Shown here: positions 29,160 to 38,406 of the stretch, one piece after another
Position numbering within the stretch: the first letter of the stretch is position 1
How the letters are laid out: each line of letters begins with the position of its first letter
Assembly: GCA_030690415.1 (NCBI GenBank)
Contig: JAUYGZ010000008.1
Location: 47,281-111,280 of the forward strand
Direction of reading: 5' to 3'
Origin: a bacterium
GTDB lineage: Bacteria > Patescibacteriota > Gracilibacteria > JAUYGZ01
DNA: 64,000 nucleotides
Translations under genes and position numbers: made by a program
The notes under the pieces: model-generated
Told to the model about the DNA's origin: nothing
Databases searched by the model: none
Seen by the model: the letters and a program-made list of their open reading frames with translations, nothing else

Positions 29160-30311
29160 ATGACCATAGGCATCGACTGCAGATTGTATAGTCCGAAATA
29201 CACCGGCATAGGCCGATACGTGTTCGAACTGATCAAGAACCTGATGAACCTGGATCAGACGAACCACTATATCTTGTACTTCAACTCTGAGGAATATGAC
29301 GATTTTGTGTGTCCCAACGAGCGCTGGGAGAAAAGACTCGTCACCATTCCTCACTATTCCCTGGCTGAACAGACGAAGTTTTTGAAAGTGCTGAACCGCG
29401 AGCAAATTGATCTGATGTACTTTCCCCATTTTAACGCTCCTATTCGGTACAAGAAACCTTTTGTCGTTACCATCCATGATTTAACGCTGCACCATTACCC
29501 GAACAAGTCCTATCATCCGAGGTGGTCAGCCAAAAAATCCCTCCAGATCGCTGTGTACCGATTCATAATGGGGCGGGTTCTCAAGCATGCCCGGAAGATT
29601 ATCGCCGTATCTGATAACACCAGACAGGATCTCATCAGGGAGTACCTCATACCGGAAGAAAAAATCGTGAAGATCCTGGAGGGGGTTCCTGAATCTTTTC
29701 AGCAGGCCTCGGAGGAGCAATTGGATCGGGTGAGGAATACTTATGCCATTACAAAACCCTATTTGCTCTATACCGGAGTCTGGCGGTCTCATAAGAATCT
29801 TTTGAACCTGATCCAAGCCTTTCATCAGCTCCTCAAGAGGGGACATGACATTCAGCTCGTTTTAACAGGGAAGAAAGATCCGTCCTATCCTGAGATCCCG
29901 AAGCTGATTGAGGATTTGGATCTGAAGAATGAAGTTATCCTGACTGGATTTGTCTCCGAGGAGGATCTGATCGCGCTGAACTCCGGAGCCAGGGTCTTTG
30001 TTTTTCCTTCCCTGTACGAAGGCTTTGGCCTGCCTCCCCTGGAGGCGATGCAGCTGGGAGTACCGGTCGCTTGTTCAAAAAACTCCTCTCTCCCTGAGGT
30101 CTGTGGGGATGCCGCTCTGTATTTTGATCCCCATCAAAAAGACGACATGGTCCGACAAATAGAACTGCTCCTGATCGACGAAGCGTTGAGAGATGAGATG
30201 ATTCGGAGAGGTCATGAAAACCTTAAGCGCTTCTCCTGGAAGACGATGTCGAGCGGAATACTTGACATCTTTAATTCTTTCAGGAATAATACTAACTTAA
30301 AAAAAATTTAG
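29160..30311 (+). CDS. Glycosyltransferase family 4
   Basis: TGIGRY, VTIHDL, HKNL, FPSLYEGFGLPPLEAM. Confidence 0.93.
   Translation: MTIGIDCRLYSPKYTGIGRYVFELIKNLMNLDQTNHYILYFNSEEYDDFVCPNERWEKRLVTIPHYSLAEQTKFLKVLNREQIDLMYFPHFNAPIRYKKPFVVTIHDLTLHHYPNKSYHPRWSAKKSLQIAVYRFIMGRVLKHARKIIAVSDNTRQDLIREYLIPEEKIVKILEGVPESFQQASEEQLDRVRNTYAITKPYLLYTGVWRSHKNLLNLIQAFHQLLKRGHDIQLVLTGKKDPSYPEIPKLIEDLDLKNEVILTGFVSEEDLIALNSGARVFVFPSLYEGFGLPPLEAMQLGVPVACSKNSSLPEVCGDAALYFDPHQKDDMVRQIELLLIDEALRDEMIRRGHENLKRFSWKTMSSGILDIFNSFRNNTNLKKI
30262..30290 (+). promoter_or_regulatory. sigma70-type promoter for the downstream structured RNA
   Basis: TTGACA, 17-bp spacer, AATAAT, inside the 3' end of the GT4 gene. Confidence 0.55.
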
Positions 30312-30712
30312 GGCCCCCTCCTTTGACACTTGGTTGCTCAGATGAGCAACAGGGGAAGTGTGGAGAAAGGCCCTACGGTACTCAATGGATTGGTGAAAGC
30401 GTTTCGCGGTAAAAATTGGAAATGCTCACATAAGACCATTGAGGGATCGATCTCGCCAGTAGCGTGAGTTCGAATATGTCACTCCCGCTAACGCGGGATG
30501 CGCTCCTACTGTTCTTTCGTGGTTTTAACGAGGTCACGCCCTCGTCCCCATAAACGTGCAGAGCCCGTCCCGCTAAGCGGGACAGGAATGCATCAAAGGG
30601 AAATTTGAGAGGCCTGTACTGGCAGGCCCGGTTCCGACAAGTCGGAACGAGTCGAAAAGTAGGAAGCTCAGGATCATTTCACTCTGAAATAAGACTGGGC
30701 TTACTGCTTTTT
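30311..30712 (+). ncRNA. Candidate large (~400 nt) structured ncRNA, family unassigned
   Basis: At least 10 nested stems, G-U pairs and a cUAACg tetraloop on the + strand, upstream promoter, terminal hairpin plus T-run, no credible ORF. Confidence 0.7.
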
Positions 30713-30863
30713 TCTTTGTGCTCTGCGGTCTTTCAAGGTTCATAATATGATACCACTTATTTTTACTAATGTCAATATCAAGGTCGTCATTTACCGGGGG
30801 GTTTGACAATCATTATGCAATCAGTAAACTGCTGCTGATTTTCATCGAAATTGTATAGACTCT

Positions 30864-31556
30864 TTGTACTCACATTTGAAACCAATCGACGAAAGTAATC
30901 AGGAAGATGAGGCTTCTCATGAGCTTGTCATTCAGGGGTCATCTGTTCGAATTCTGTGTTCAGTTCTCGAACTCAAGCTCAGGTCTCTCTTGGATGACTA
31001 CCACTCCCGTTTGAATCAGTTATTGGGACAGATTTCCTGCGATGGGATTTCGTCTGTCGCTGATAAATCGTACGTCAGAGACGTCGATGGTTTACGAGTA
31101 CAGCAATTTTTTGCCCAGAGAAATGAGCTGTTGTCATTCCCAGAAGAGCTTCAGAGCATGATCAAAGCTCAGGTAGGAGTGATTGTGAGGGAGAATCCGG
31201 GAGTTAATCTTGATATTACCCAGGATTTTAGTATCCGACTGACATCAAAGGAGGAAGAGGGCATACCGCTCCTCGTCGATCGACTTGCTCCGGAAAATGA
31301 GCGAGATCGATTCGTTCTTCGCTCTGTTCAGAGAATTATGGATATGATCCGCACCCGTATCGACGAGCTCAATACTCAGCACCCGAAGGCCTCAAGTTAT
31401 CTCAAGTCACGGGTCATTCTCCACATGGAAACTGCCCTCAATAAAAGCGTCCTGAATGACCCGTCAGCTACACTGGGAGATCGTCTCTCCGCGGCTCGAC
31501 GAATCCTGATTGAACAGCTTTCCCAGTGGGTAGGTTGGGTACTGAGGCCCTCTTAA
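30864..31556 (+). CDS. Hypothetical protein
   Basis: 230-aa ORF (TTG start) after a TTGACA..TAAACT promoter-like sequence. Confidence 0.55.
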   Translation: MYSHLKPIDESNQEDEASHELVIQGSSVRILCSVLELKLRSLLDDYHSRLNQLLGQISCDGISSVADKSYVRDVDGLRVQQFFAQRNELLSFPEELQSMIKAQVGVIVRENPGVNLDITQDFSIRLTSKEEEGIPLLVDRLAPENERDRFVLRSVQRIMDMIRTRIDELNTQHPKASSYLKSRVILHMETALNKSVLNDPSATLGDRLSAARRILIEQLSQWVGWVLRPS

Positions 31557-32320
31557 ATCGTCATTCGCACATACTCGACCACCTTTGCATCTCCGAGGAA
31601 TCCTCCTACCGTCATGCTGGAGTCCTTCACAAAGGCTTGTGAAATGAGGGCGTTTTCTTCACGGAATTTTTTCTCTTTTCCCTTCATGATGTTTTCCAAC
31701 ATATTTTCAGGTTTTCCCTCGTTTTTGAGCTGATCAGCCCAGATGTCCTTTTCTTTCGCCACCAACTCATCAGTGATTTCATCGGGTGAAACAACTGAAG
31801 GATTCATGGCAGCGGCATGCATAGCGACATCCCGCGCCTTCTCAGCATCTCCTCCTTCCAGACCGATTAGGACCGCGATCTTCCCGTTACTGTGAACGTA
31901 GCCACCAATAATGGGGGATTCGATCAGGGTATGGCCACCTAGCTGAATGTTTTCACCCAGGGTATTCACCGCACCTTTGACAATTCCCTCATTTTCTTCC
32001 TGAGATCCCTCACCCTTGTTGAAGTAGTTGTCGGTAATGTTCTGAACGATGGCTTTGAAGTCATCGTTTCGGGCGACGAAGTCGGTTTCACACCGAACAA
32101 CAGCTAAGCAGCCCTTGCTTCCTTCGATTTTGATCCCAATTGCTCCCTCACCGGCTTGACGATCCGCTTTGTCAGCTGACTTGGCTTCGCCTCGCTTGCG
32201 GAGGATCTCAATCGCCTTGTCTTCATCGCCATTTGCTTCCACTAAAGCCTTTTTAACTGCCATCATAGAGACACCGGTTTTGTCACGAAGGGCCATGACC
32301 TGTTGTGCTGTAATTTTCAT
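31553..32320 (-). CDS. tsf: Elongation factor Ts
   Basis: LRDKTGVSMMAVKKAL, CETDFVARN, AMHAAA. Confidence 0.97.
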   Translation of the reverse strand: MKITAQQVMALRDKTGVSMMAVKKALVEANGDEDKAIEILRKRGEAKSADKADRQAGEGAIGIKIEGSKGCLAVVRCETDFVARNDDFKAIVQNITDNYFNKGEGSQEENEGIVKGAVNTLGENIQLGGHTLIESPIIGGYVHSNGKIAVLIGLEGGDAEKARDVAMHAAAMNPSVVSPDEITDELVAKEKDIWADQLKNEGKPENMLENIMKGKEKKFREENALISQAFVKDSSMTVGGFLGDAKVVEYVRMTI

Positions 32321-32379
32321 ACGTGGAGAATGAAGGAGTAAGCTTTCGAATCGCTCAAGCAAGCGATGGATAATGAAGG

Positions 32380-33144
32380 TTAGGCAAACGCAGTCTCCTG
32401 AGCCATTTCTTCAGCCTTCTCCACCTTCAAAGGCTCTCGGACACTAGTCGTTGGCCTGACGGAAACAGCCGGCTTGACAGACTTGAGGACTTCCTCCACT
32501 TTACCGAGCAAATAGGTCAGTGACTTGAGAGCATCGTCATTTGCCGGCACGAGATGGGTGTAGAGCTCTGGGAAAGCGTTGCTATCGCAGATTCCGATCA
32601 CCGGAATACGCAGTTTTTTGGCTTCCTTTACCGCGATCAAGTCTCGCTTGCCGTCTACGATGAAGACGGCGTCAGGAAGTCGTCGCATACTCTGGATACC
32701 TCCAATAGCGTTTTCCAGCTTGGCAATTTCTTTCTCCAGCTTCACGGCTTCTTTCTTCGTGTATTTCTCAAACTCTCCTGTTTGCTTTTGCTCCTTCAGG
32801 TTTTTGAAGTATCGAATGCGTTCCTTCATGGTATCAAAATTGGTCAAAACCCCTCCAAACCACTTCTTGGTGACGTAGGGGAATCCGTGCAGATCAGCCA
32901 TTTTTGGGATCATCTCTGCTGTCTGAGGCTTCGTGGAAACAAAAAGAATGGTCTTTCCTTCTTCGACCAGTTTCCTGATGTAGTCGAGGAGGGTCTCCAG
33001 ACGTTCCTTGGTCTTCTCAAGATTAAAAAGGTGGACTCCATTCACTTGCCCGTAAATATAGGGCTTCATATTGGGGTTCCACTTCTTGGTCCGATGACCA
33101 AAATGCACGGCATTTTGAATCATCTCTTCAACTGAAATACTCAT
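32380..33144 (-). CDS. rpsB: 30S ribosomal protein S2
   Basis: VHFGHRTKKWNPNMKPYI, WFGGVLTNF, PANDDA. Confidence 0.98.
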   Translation of the reverse strand: MSISVEEMIQNAVHFGHRTKKWNPNMKPYIYGQVNGVHLFNLEKTKERLETLLDYIRKLVEEGKTILFVSTKPQTAEMIPKMADLHGFPYVTKKWFGGVLTNFDTMKERIRYFKNLKEQKQTGEFEKYTKKEAVKLEKEIAKLENAIGGIQSMRRLPDAVFIVDGKRDLIAVKEAKKLRIPVIGICDSNAFPELYTHLVPANDDALKSLTYLLGKVEEVLKSVKPAVSVRPTTSVREPLKVEKAEEMAQETAFA

Positions 33145-33240
33145 AATCCTTGGGGTTAAACACCAGACTCCGTCACTTCGCAGGTGGCTCCGACTGGTCG
33201 GAGAGGATGCTGCGATCCGAAGCCTGACTGGAAATAATAT
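33145..33240 (-). promoter_or_regulatory. Structured rpsB 5' leader (possible S2 autoregulatory element)
   Basis: CCAG-TCAGGCTTCG...CGGAGTCTGG stem and inner CTCCGACC-AGTCGGAG hairpin just upstream of the start. Confidence 0.5.
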
Positions 33241-33307
33241 TGCCCGATCATTCTAAGGAAAAATGGTGTAAATGCAAATCTTTTGCTATATTAGTCGAGC
33301 TGTAAAT

Positions 33308-33383
33308 GCGCCTGTAGCTCAGTGGATAGAGCGTTCGGTTGCGGTCCGAGAGGTCGTAGGTTCGATTCCTGCCAGGCGTACCA
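33308..33383 (+). tRNA. tRNA-Arg(GCG)
   Basis: GCGCCTGTAGCTCAGTGGATAGAGC-GTTCGG TTGCGGT CCGAG...GGTTCGATTCC...ACCA. Confidence 0.95.
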
Positions 33384-33404
33384 TACCTATAAATCGCATC
33401 TCAC

Positions 33405-34775
33405 ATGCTCAAGCTCCTCCACCGACTCCGAGCAAGATACCAATACCGTCACGAAGAAGCGGGTGGCTTCAAAAATCTAATCCTCCACACCGCCTTTGCA
33501 CTCTCACTGACTTCGGGACTGAGCTATTTCCTGGGACTGGTCCGGGACAAAAGCTTCGCCTATACCTTTGGTGCTTCCGCTGAACTGGATGTCTACAACG
33601 CGGCTTTTGTGATTCCAGATCTCTTCCTGGCGGTGCTGGTAACTTCTGCTTTGTCGGCCGCTTTCGTCCCCATCTTCAGCAACTTTGACGAACAGCAGAA
33701 GGCAAAGGCGATTCGGTATACAAATCAGGTACTGAGCTATGGATTGCTTTTTTTAGCCATCGTATGTGCCGTCTTTGCCCTCATTTTGCCGAACATTGTT
33801 GATTTCTTGGTCCCAGGTTTTAACCATGAGCAGCAGGCTCAGTACATCAGCATCACCCGCCTCATGCTGATCAGTCCCTTTCTGTTTACGATTTCGAATA
33901 CTTTTGGGAATGCTCTCATCAGCATCAAGGAATTCCTCTGGTACGGGCTCTCGCCCGTGATGTACAACCTGGGCATTGTGATGGGAGTTATTCTGTTCGT
34001 CCCTTCGATGGGTCTGATGGGCCTGGTGCTTGGAACTGTTCTTGGAGCATTCCTTCACCTGCTGATTCGAATCCCATCGATGATTCGCTACGGGTATCGC
34101 CCGCGGGTGGAGCTGGAGATTACACCTGAAATCAGAGAAACCGTGCTGCTCATGCTGCCGAAGATCGCTCAGATCGGCATGTGGCAACTCCTACTCTGGT
34201 GGTTTGTTCGCTTGGCCAGTCAACTAGAGGAGGGAAGTGTGACCATCTATTCCTTCGCTAGGAACTTTCAGAGCGTCCCTGTCAGCTTGGTTGGAATCGC
34301 AATCGCCCTTGCCGCCTTTGCCAGGCTCTCCCATGTTGCTTCAAACCGGGATTATAAGGAGTTTGTGAAGACGGTGAAGGAAAAAACCCGGATCATCCTC
34401 CTCTATACGACTCCCGCAGCCCTGGCCATGGGCATTCTGAGTTATCCCATGGTGAATATTCTGCTCGGTGGAGGAAAGTTTGATGCCACTGCCGTATCGG
34501 CAACCGCAAGTCTACTGCTCGTCTACTGCCTCTCAATTCCCCTGGAAAGCCTCATGCACCTGCTCAGCAGGGCTCATTACGCCATGAAAAATACGCTCCG
34601 TCCCTCAGCTATTCATGTCTTTACCATTGCCATGACGATGCTCAGCTCCTCTCTGCTCTTGGGCCCCATCGGTCTCTTCGCCATTCCTGCAGGATTTACG
34701 GTGGGTCTCTTCCTTCAGATTATTCTGCTGAAGCTGTCCCTGGCTCATCTGCTGCGTCGTCATCGTTCGGCATGA
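33405..34775 (+). CDS. murJ: Lipid II flippase MurJ (MviN)
   Basis: LGLVRD, DVYNAAFVIPD, SAAFVPIF, PVMYN, many TM helices. Confidence 0.9.
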   Translation: MLKLLHRLRARYQYRHEEAGGFKNLILHTAFALSLTSGLSYFLGLVRDKSFAYTFGASAELDVYNAAFVIPDLFLAVLVTSALSAAFVPIFSNFDEQQKAKAIRYTNQVLSYGLLFLAIVCAVFALILPNIVDFLVPGFNHEQQAQYISITRLMLISPFLFTISNTFGNALISIKEFLWYGLSPVMYNLGIVMGVILFVPSMGLMGLVLGTVLGAFLHLLIRIPSMIRYGYRPRVELEITPEIRETVLLMLPKIAQIGMWQLLLWWFVRLASQLEEGSVTIYSFARNFQSVPVSLVGIAIALAAFARLSHVASNRDYKEFVKTVKEKTRIILLYTTPAALAMGILSYPMVNILLGGGKFDATAVSATASLLLVYCLSIPLESLMHLLSRAHYAMKNTLRPSAIHVFTIAMTMLSSSLLLGPIGLFAIPAGFTVGLFLQIILLKLSLAHLLRRHRSA

Positions 34776-35541
34776 TGACAAGGACTCTTTTTTCGCCTTT
34801 TACGATTGCTTCGGAGTTCGTGAACACTTCGGGAACCAGATCGTGAATAGCATTGAGGAGAACATCATATGGGTAGACAAAATTTTCGCCCCGTCTGGTT
34901 CCGACATCATTGGTGATGAAGTGTTCTTCATCGTATCCGCGAACGACCAGCATATGGTAAAATGGCTCAGTGCCATTGAAAAAAGGATTTCCAAGGGCTC
35001 GACCTGAAGTCGGGACCAGAACAGGAAATCCCTGAACGACCGCCTCTTTAATCTGGTCCACCGTGGGATTATCAATGATGAGATACTCCGTCAGTCCAAA
35101 GTACTTGGCTCCCATTTCGGCCGTCTCAGCAATACTGGTGTGTAAATACTGACCGAAATAAACCTCTTCCCATTCGATAAGCTTCAGGAGGTCCTGATGA
35201 TAGCTTTCGATATCGGGTGATTTCCCGGTTAAATAGTAATAGCCGAGAATCAAACTAGCCTCCTCGCAGGCTTCTTGATAGGGAAGTCCCCAGTCACCAT
35301 ACGGCGACTGAGAGAAAAATTTCATATCGAGGTTGAATGACTTTGGCAGATCGGAAGGGGCATTCTTCGAGTCTGTTCTTTCTACAGGACTTCTCTCAAT
35401 TACCCTTTTGGGAGTACTCACCTGAACCTCAGACTTGTAAAAGCCTTCTCGAATATTATCAATCCAATCGCATCCACTGAGGCTCAGAGCGCAGAGGAGA
35501 ACTAAGAGTAATTTGACGAGATGGGGTTGGGGCAGCTTCAT
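34720..35541 (-). CDS. C39-like peptidase lipoprotein
   Basis: Lipobox LSGC; QSPYGDW..YQEACEEAS; YHMLVVRGYD; ITNDVG. Confidence 0.85.
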   Translation of the reverse strand: MKLPQPHLVKLLLVLLCALSLSGCDWIDNIREGFYKSEVQVSTPKRVIERSPVERTDSKNAPSDLPKSFNLDMKFFSQSPYGDWGLPYQEACEEASLILGYYYLTGKSPDIESYHQDLLKLIEWEEVYFGQYLHTSIAETAEMGAKYFGLTEYLIIDNPTVDQIKEAVVQGFPVLVPTSGRALGNPFFNGTEPFYHMLVVRGYDEEHFITNDVGTRRGENFVYPYDVLLNAIHDLVPEVFTNSEAIVKGEKRVLVIMPNDDDAADEPGTASAE

Positions 35542-35561
35542 AGCATATATTATCAGAATCT

Positions 35562-35780
35562 CTACAATAAAATCCACTCTCTCCTTAAAACTCCAGCTTG
35601 TTTTAGGATTCTGATGAGAAGGTCTGTGCTAATATCGGATCTATGAGGGTTAGGTATCCTTACGTCACATTCATCCCTCGACATGAACATGTGTTTTCCC
35701 CCTGAGAAAGGACCTTAAAATCCTATTTTCTGAAGTTTCTTGATGAATTTTTCTCTGCTAATAGGACCAATTTTTGTCAT
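35562..35780 (-). pseudogene. hicA: HicA mRNA interferase with a premature TAA at codon 22
   Basis: MTKIGPISREKFIKKLQKIGF*GPFSGGKHMFM...RIPNPHRSDISTDLLIRILKQAG; not in the ORF track; ATGA overlap with hicB. Confidence 0.85.
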
Positions 35781-36022
35781 TTCGACAGGAGAGTATTAAG
35801 ATCAAACTTTTTGGTAGTTGGCAAAAATTGTTTCTTTCTCAATTTGAGGATCATCCATTCTTCTAAAACCTCGCGGAGAGTTTCTTCACACTCTTTTAAA
35901 GTTTTTCCTTGTGCCCAAACCCCCTTAAAGCCCTTAATGAATCCGTAATAGGGTTCATCATCTTTAATCAGCTCAAAGACAGCGAGTTTGCTCATCACAT
36001 ATTGGACATAGTCTGTGAACAT
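35777..36022 (-). CDS. hicB: HicB antitoxin (short, no DNA-binding domain)
   Basis: YYGFIKGFKGVWAQGKTLKECEETLREVLEEW. Confidence 0.88.
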   Translation of the reverse strand: MFTDYVQYVMSKLAVFELIKDDEPYYGFIKGFKGVWAQGKTLKECEETLREVLEEWMILKLRKKQFLPTTKKFDLNTLLSK

Positions 36023-36078
36023 CGAATGGCATTAGTGAACAGATAGATTTTACACTCTCAGGAGATCTTCCACAATCC

Positions 36079-37869
36079 TCAGCCTACCATCTCCGTCTCC
36101 TCATTCATAAGCTCTTCGAACTCGCGATAGAGCTGATCTGTCTCGTCCTGGATTTCCTTGTCTCTTGATCCGAGGATTTTGATTCGCTCGTAATTTTTTT
36201 CCTCGCAGGCTTTTTGAAGCTCTTTGGCGTTGGTATGGCGTTTCGTTTCGAATTGAGAGAGTTCTTTTTCAATCTGTTTTTGACGACTCTGGATCTTTCT
36301 CAGGCGCTTTTGATCCTCCTTCCGCTTCAGGTACTGTTCCTTGTTATCTGAATCTTTCCTCGCAAACTGGAAAACTCCTTCGTCCTCCTCCTCTGACCAT
36401 CCTCCGGAGACCAGGAAATCTGTGTAGGTCTCTTCCCGTACCGTAACCTTCCCCTCGTCAAACACGACCAGTCGATTCGCCAGCCGGGAAATCATGTCTT
36501 CATCATGAGACACGAAAACCACGGCTCCCTTATACTCCTGCAAGGCCTTGATGAGGGCTTGACAGGACTCCATATCCAGATGATTCGTAGGCTCATCGAG
36601 GAAGATCACATGAGAGCTGAAAAGGATCACTTTACCCAGGCAAACCCTGCTCTTTTCACCTCCTGAAAGTTTTGAAATTTCCTTTTTTGCCGCGTCACCC
36701 GTGAAAAGCAGTGAACCGCAGAGGTTTCGAAGTTCTTGTTCTTTCACTCCCGGGAGCCTTCTGAGCTCCTCCAGGATGGTATTGGATTCATTCAGCTCCT
36801 CCTTGCTCTCCGCGCCGAAGTATCCCACTCTCAGCTCAGGGTATTGCTTCAGTTTCCCGTTTTTAGCCTCCAGTCTACCGCTCAGCAGCCGGAGAAGGGT
36901 TGATTTCCCTTTTCCGTTGCGTCCAATCACTCCAATACGGTCTCCCTGATTGATCGAGAGAGAAAAATCTTCGATCAGCAGTTTTCCCGGTTCGTATCCA
37001 AACTGAAGATTATGGGCTTTGAGAAGGACATTGCCGCTAAAAACCTTGCAGTGAAAGTGAAAGGCAATTTCGGGGATTTTCTCGAGCTTATCTCCCAGGT
37101 CCTGTTTCTCGAGCGATTTGATGCGGGATTGAACCAGTCCGGCTGATCTGGCCCCGGCCCGGAAGTTGCGGATGAATTCTTCGGTTTTTTTGTTCTTCTT
37201 CTCCTGGTTTTGTCGGGTTTTTTCATAGATTTCTTCATCCATATGGATCTGGTCCATGACTTTCTGAGGCCCTCCAACCATCTTTCTCATTTTTCCCCGA
37301 TGAACGGCGATCACATGAGTCACGACGTTTTCCATAAATTGCCGGTCGTGTGTCACCAGGATGAAGGCTCCTTTCCAGTCTCTCAAGAATCGAGAGAGCC
37401 AACGAAGGGTCAGGATATCGAGGTAGTTGGTGGGCTCATCCAGGAGGAGTAAGTGGGGCTCGGCAACCAAAGCTTCCGCCAGTCGGATTCGAATCTGGAA
37501 TCCTGAAGAAAAATCTTTCGGTGACTTATCAAAGTCTGCCTCTGTAAACCCTAATCCCGTAAGGATTGTTTTAGCTTTCCAATCCTGGTCCTGGAGGCTG
37601 GCTGGAAGAGCGGAACAGACTTGACCCAGCAGTGTCCCGTGCTCGAAATCCAGGTGCTGCTCGAGCGCTGAGACAACCAAGGTCTGTGGCATTTCTATCC
37701 CGTCATCCCGATCCTGGATCATTTTGAGAAAGGTACTCTTTCCGGATCCGTTTCGGCCAATAAGTCCGATTTTTTCTTTCTCCCCAATGCGAAGATTGAC
37801 GTCGATGAAGAGTTCTTGTTTGCCGTAGGACTTGCTGAGGTGTGAAACTCGGATCATGGTATGGTTCAC
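36079..37869 (-). CDS. ABC-F family ATPase
   Basis: Two NBDs (GRNGSGKST, GRNGKGKST; DEPTN twice), no TM domain, C-terminal coiled coil. Confidence 0.93.
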   Translation of the reverse strand: MNHTMIRVSHLSKSYGKQELFIDVNLRIGEKEKIGLIGRNGSGKSTFLKMIQDRDDGIEMPQTLVVSALEQHLDFEHGTLLGQVCSALPASLQDQDWKAKTILTGLGFTEADFDKSPKDFSSGFQIRIRLAEALVAEPHLLLLDEPTNYLDILTLRWLSRFLRDWKGAFILVTHDRQFMENVVTHVIAVHRGKMRKMVGGPQKVMDQIHMDEEIYEKTRQNQEKKNKKTEEFIRNFRAGARSAGLVQSRIKSLEKQDLGDKLEKIPEIAFHFHCKVFSGNVLLKAHNLQFGYEPGKLLIEDFSLSINQGDRIGVIGRNGKGKSTLLRLLSGRLEAKNGKLKQYPELRVGYFGAESKEELNESNTILEELRRLPGVKEQELRNLCGSLLFTGDAAKKEISKLSGGEKSRVCLGKVILFSSHVIFLDEPTNHLDMESCQALIKALQEYKGAVVFVSHDEDMISRLANRLVVFDEGKVTVREETYTDFLVSGGWSEEEDEGVFQFARKDSDNKEQYLKRKEDQKRLRKIQSRQKQIEKELSQFETKRHTNAKELQKACEEKNYERIKILGSRDKEIQDETDQLYREFEELMNEETEMVG

Positions 37870-37884
37870 TACTGCGGTATTGCT

Positions 37885-38346
37885 CTACCGACTTCTCCCC
37901 GGCCTTCTTCCCCGAGATGGGGTTTTCTTTTTTCGGGGTTGTGGCTTTCGCGATGGTTCTTCGAGGACATCCGGAGTGAGGATATAGGTCCGGTTTCGAG
38001 CTTTTGAATCCAGTGGCTTTTTGATCATTTCCTTTTGGGGAGGTTTTCGTTCCTTGTCCTTCACCGAAATGACTGTGCAGTCAGGGATTTTTGAAAATTC
38101 CGAACGATTGACTTCCTCCGCGCGGAAAAACAGGTCATGACTGAGTCCATTGAGCACCTTCAGGGTGTTTTCCTTATCATGATATCTGTTTTCCGCCTTG
38201 TCAGCCGCTCCCCCAAATAGCCCGTCATCATTCCATCGTAGCTTGTGAACAGAAAAAAGGGGGCGCTCGTATCCGGTTCGCTCATCAGTCTTCACGGTTT
38301 GAATGTCCTTTTTGGTCTCGATCTGATCGTCGCCAAGAATACTCAT
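37885..38346 (-). CDS. Hypothetical protein with basic C-terminus
   Basis: ORF co-oriented with neighbours; no motif recognised. Confidence 0.55.
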   Translation of the reverse strand: MSILGDDQIETKKDIQTVKTDERTGYERPLFSVHKLRWNDDGLFGGAADKAENRYHDKENTLKVLNGLSHDLFFRAEEVNRSEFSKIPDCTVISVKDKERKPPQKEMIKKPLDSKARNRTYILTPDVLEEPSRKPQPRKKKTPSRGRRPGRSR

Positions 38347-38406
38347 AAGAAATGGAAAATATCGAATTGGAGTATACCCCAACAGGAGGGCATCAAAAAG
38401 CGTGAA

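Noticed and set aside
30311-30712. RNase P RNA assignment (3' AATAAGACTGGGCTTAC resembles ACAGAACCCGGCTTA; GGTGAAA..GCGGTAA present)
   Set aside because: No GAGGAAAGTCC 5' P4 strand, and CTGGGCTT pairs locally with AAGCTCAG; kept only as an alternative to test
30311-30712. tmRNA or group I/II intron
   Set aside because: No acceptor stem with a CCA end, no clear tag frame, no domain V or P7 consensus, and no interrupted gene
35715-35717. Stop-codon readthrough or recoding in hicA
   Set aside because: TAA is used as a normal stop throughout the window; a nonsense mutation is simpler
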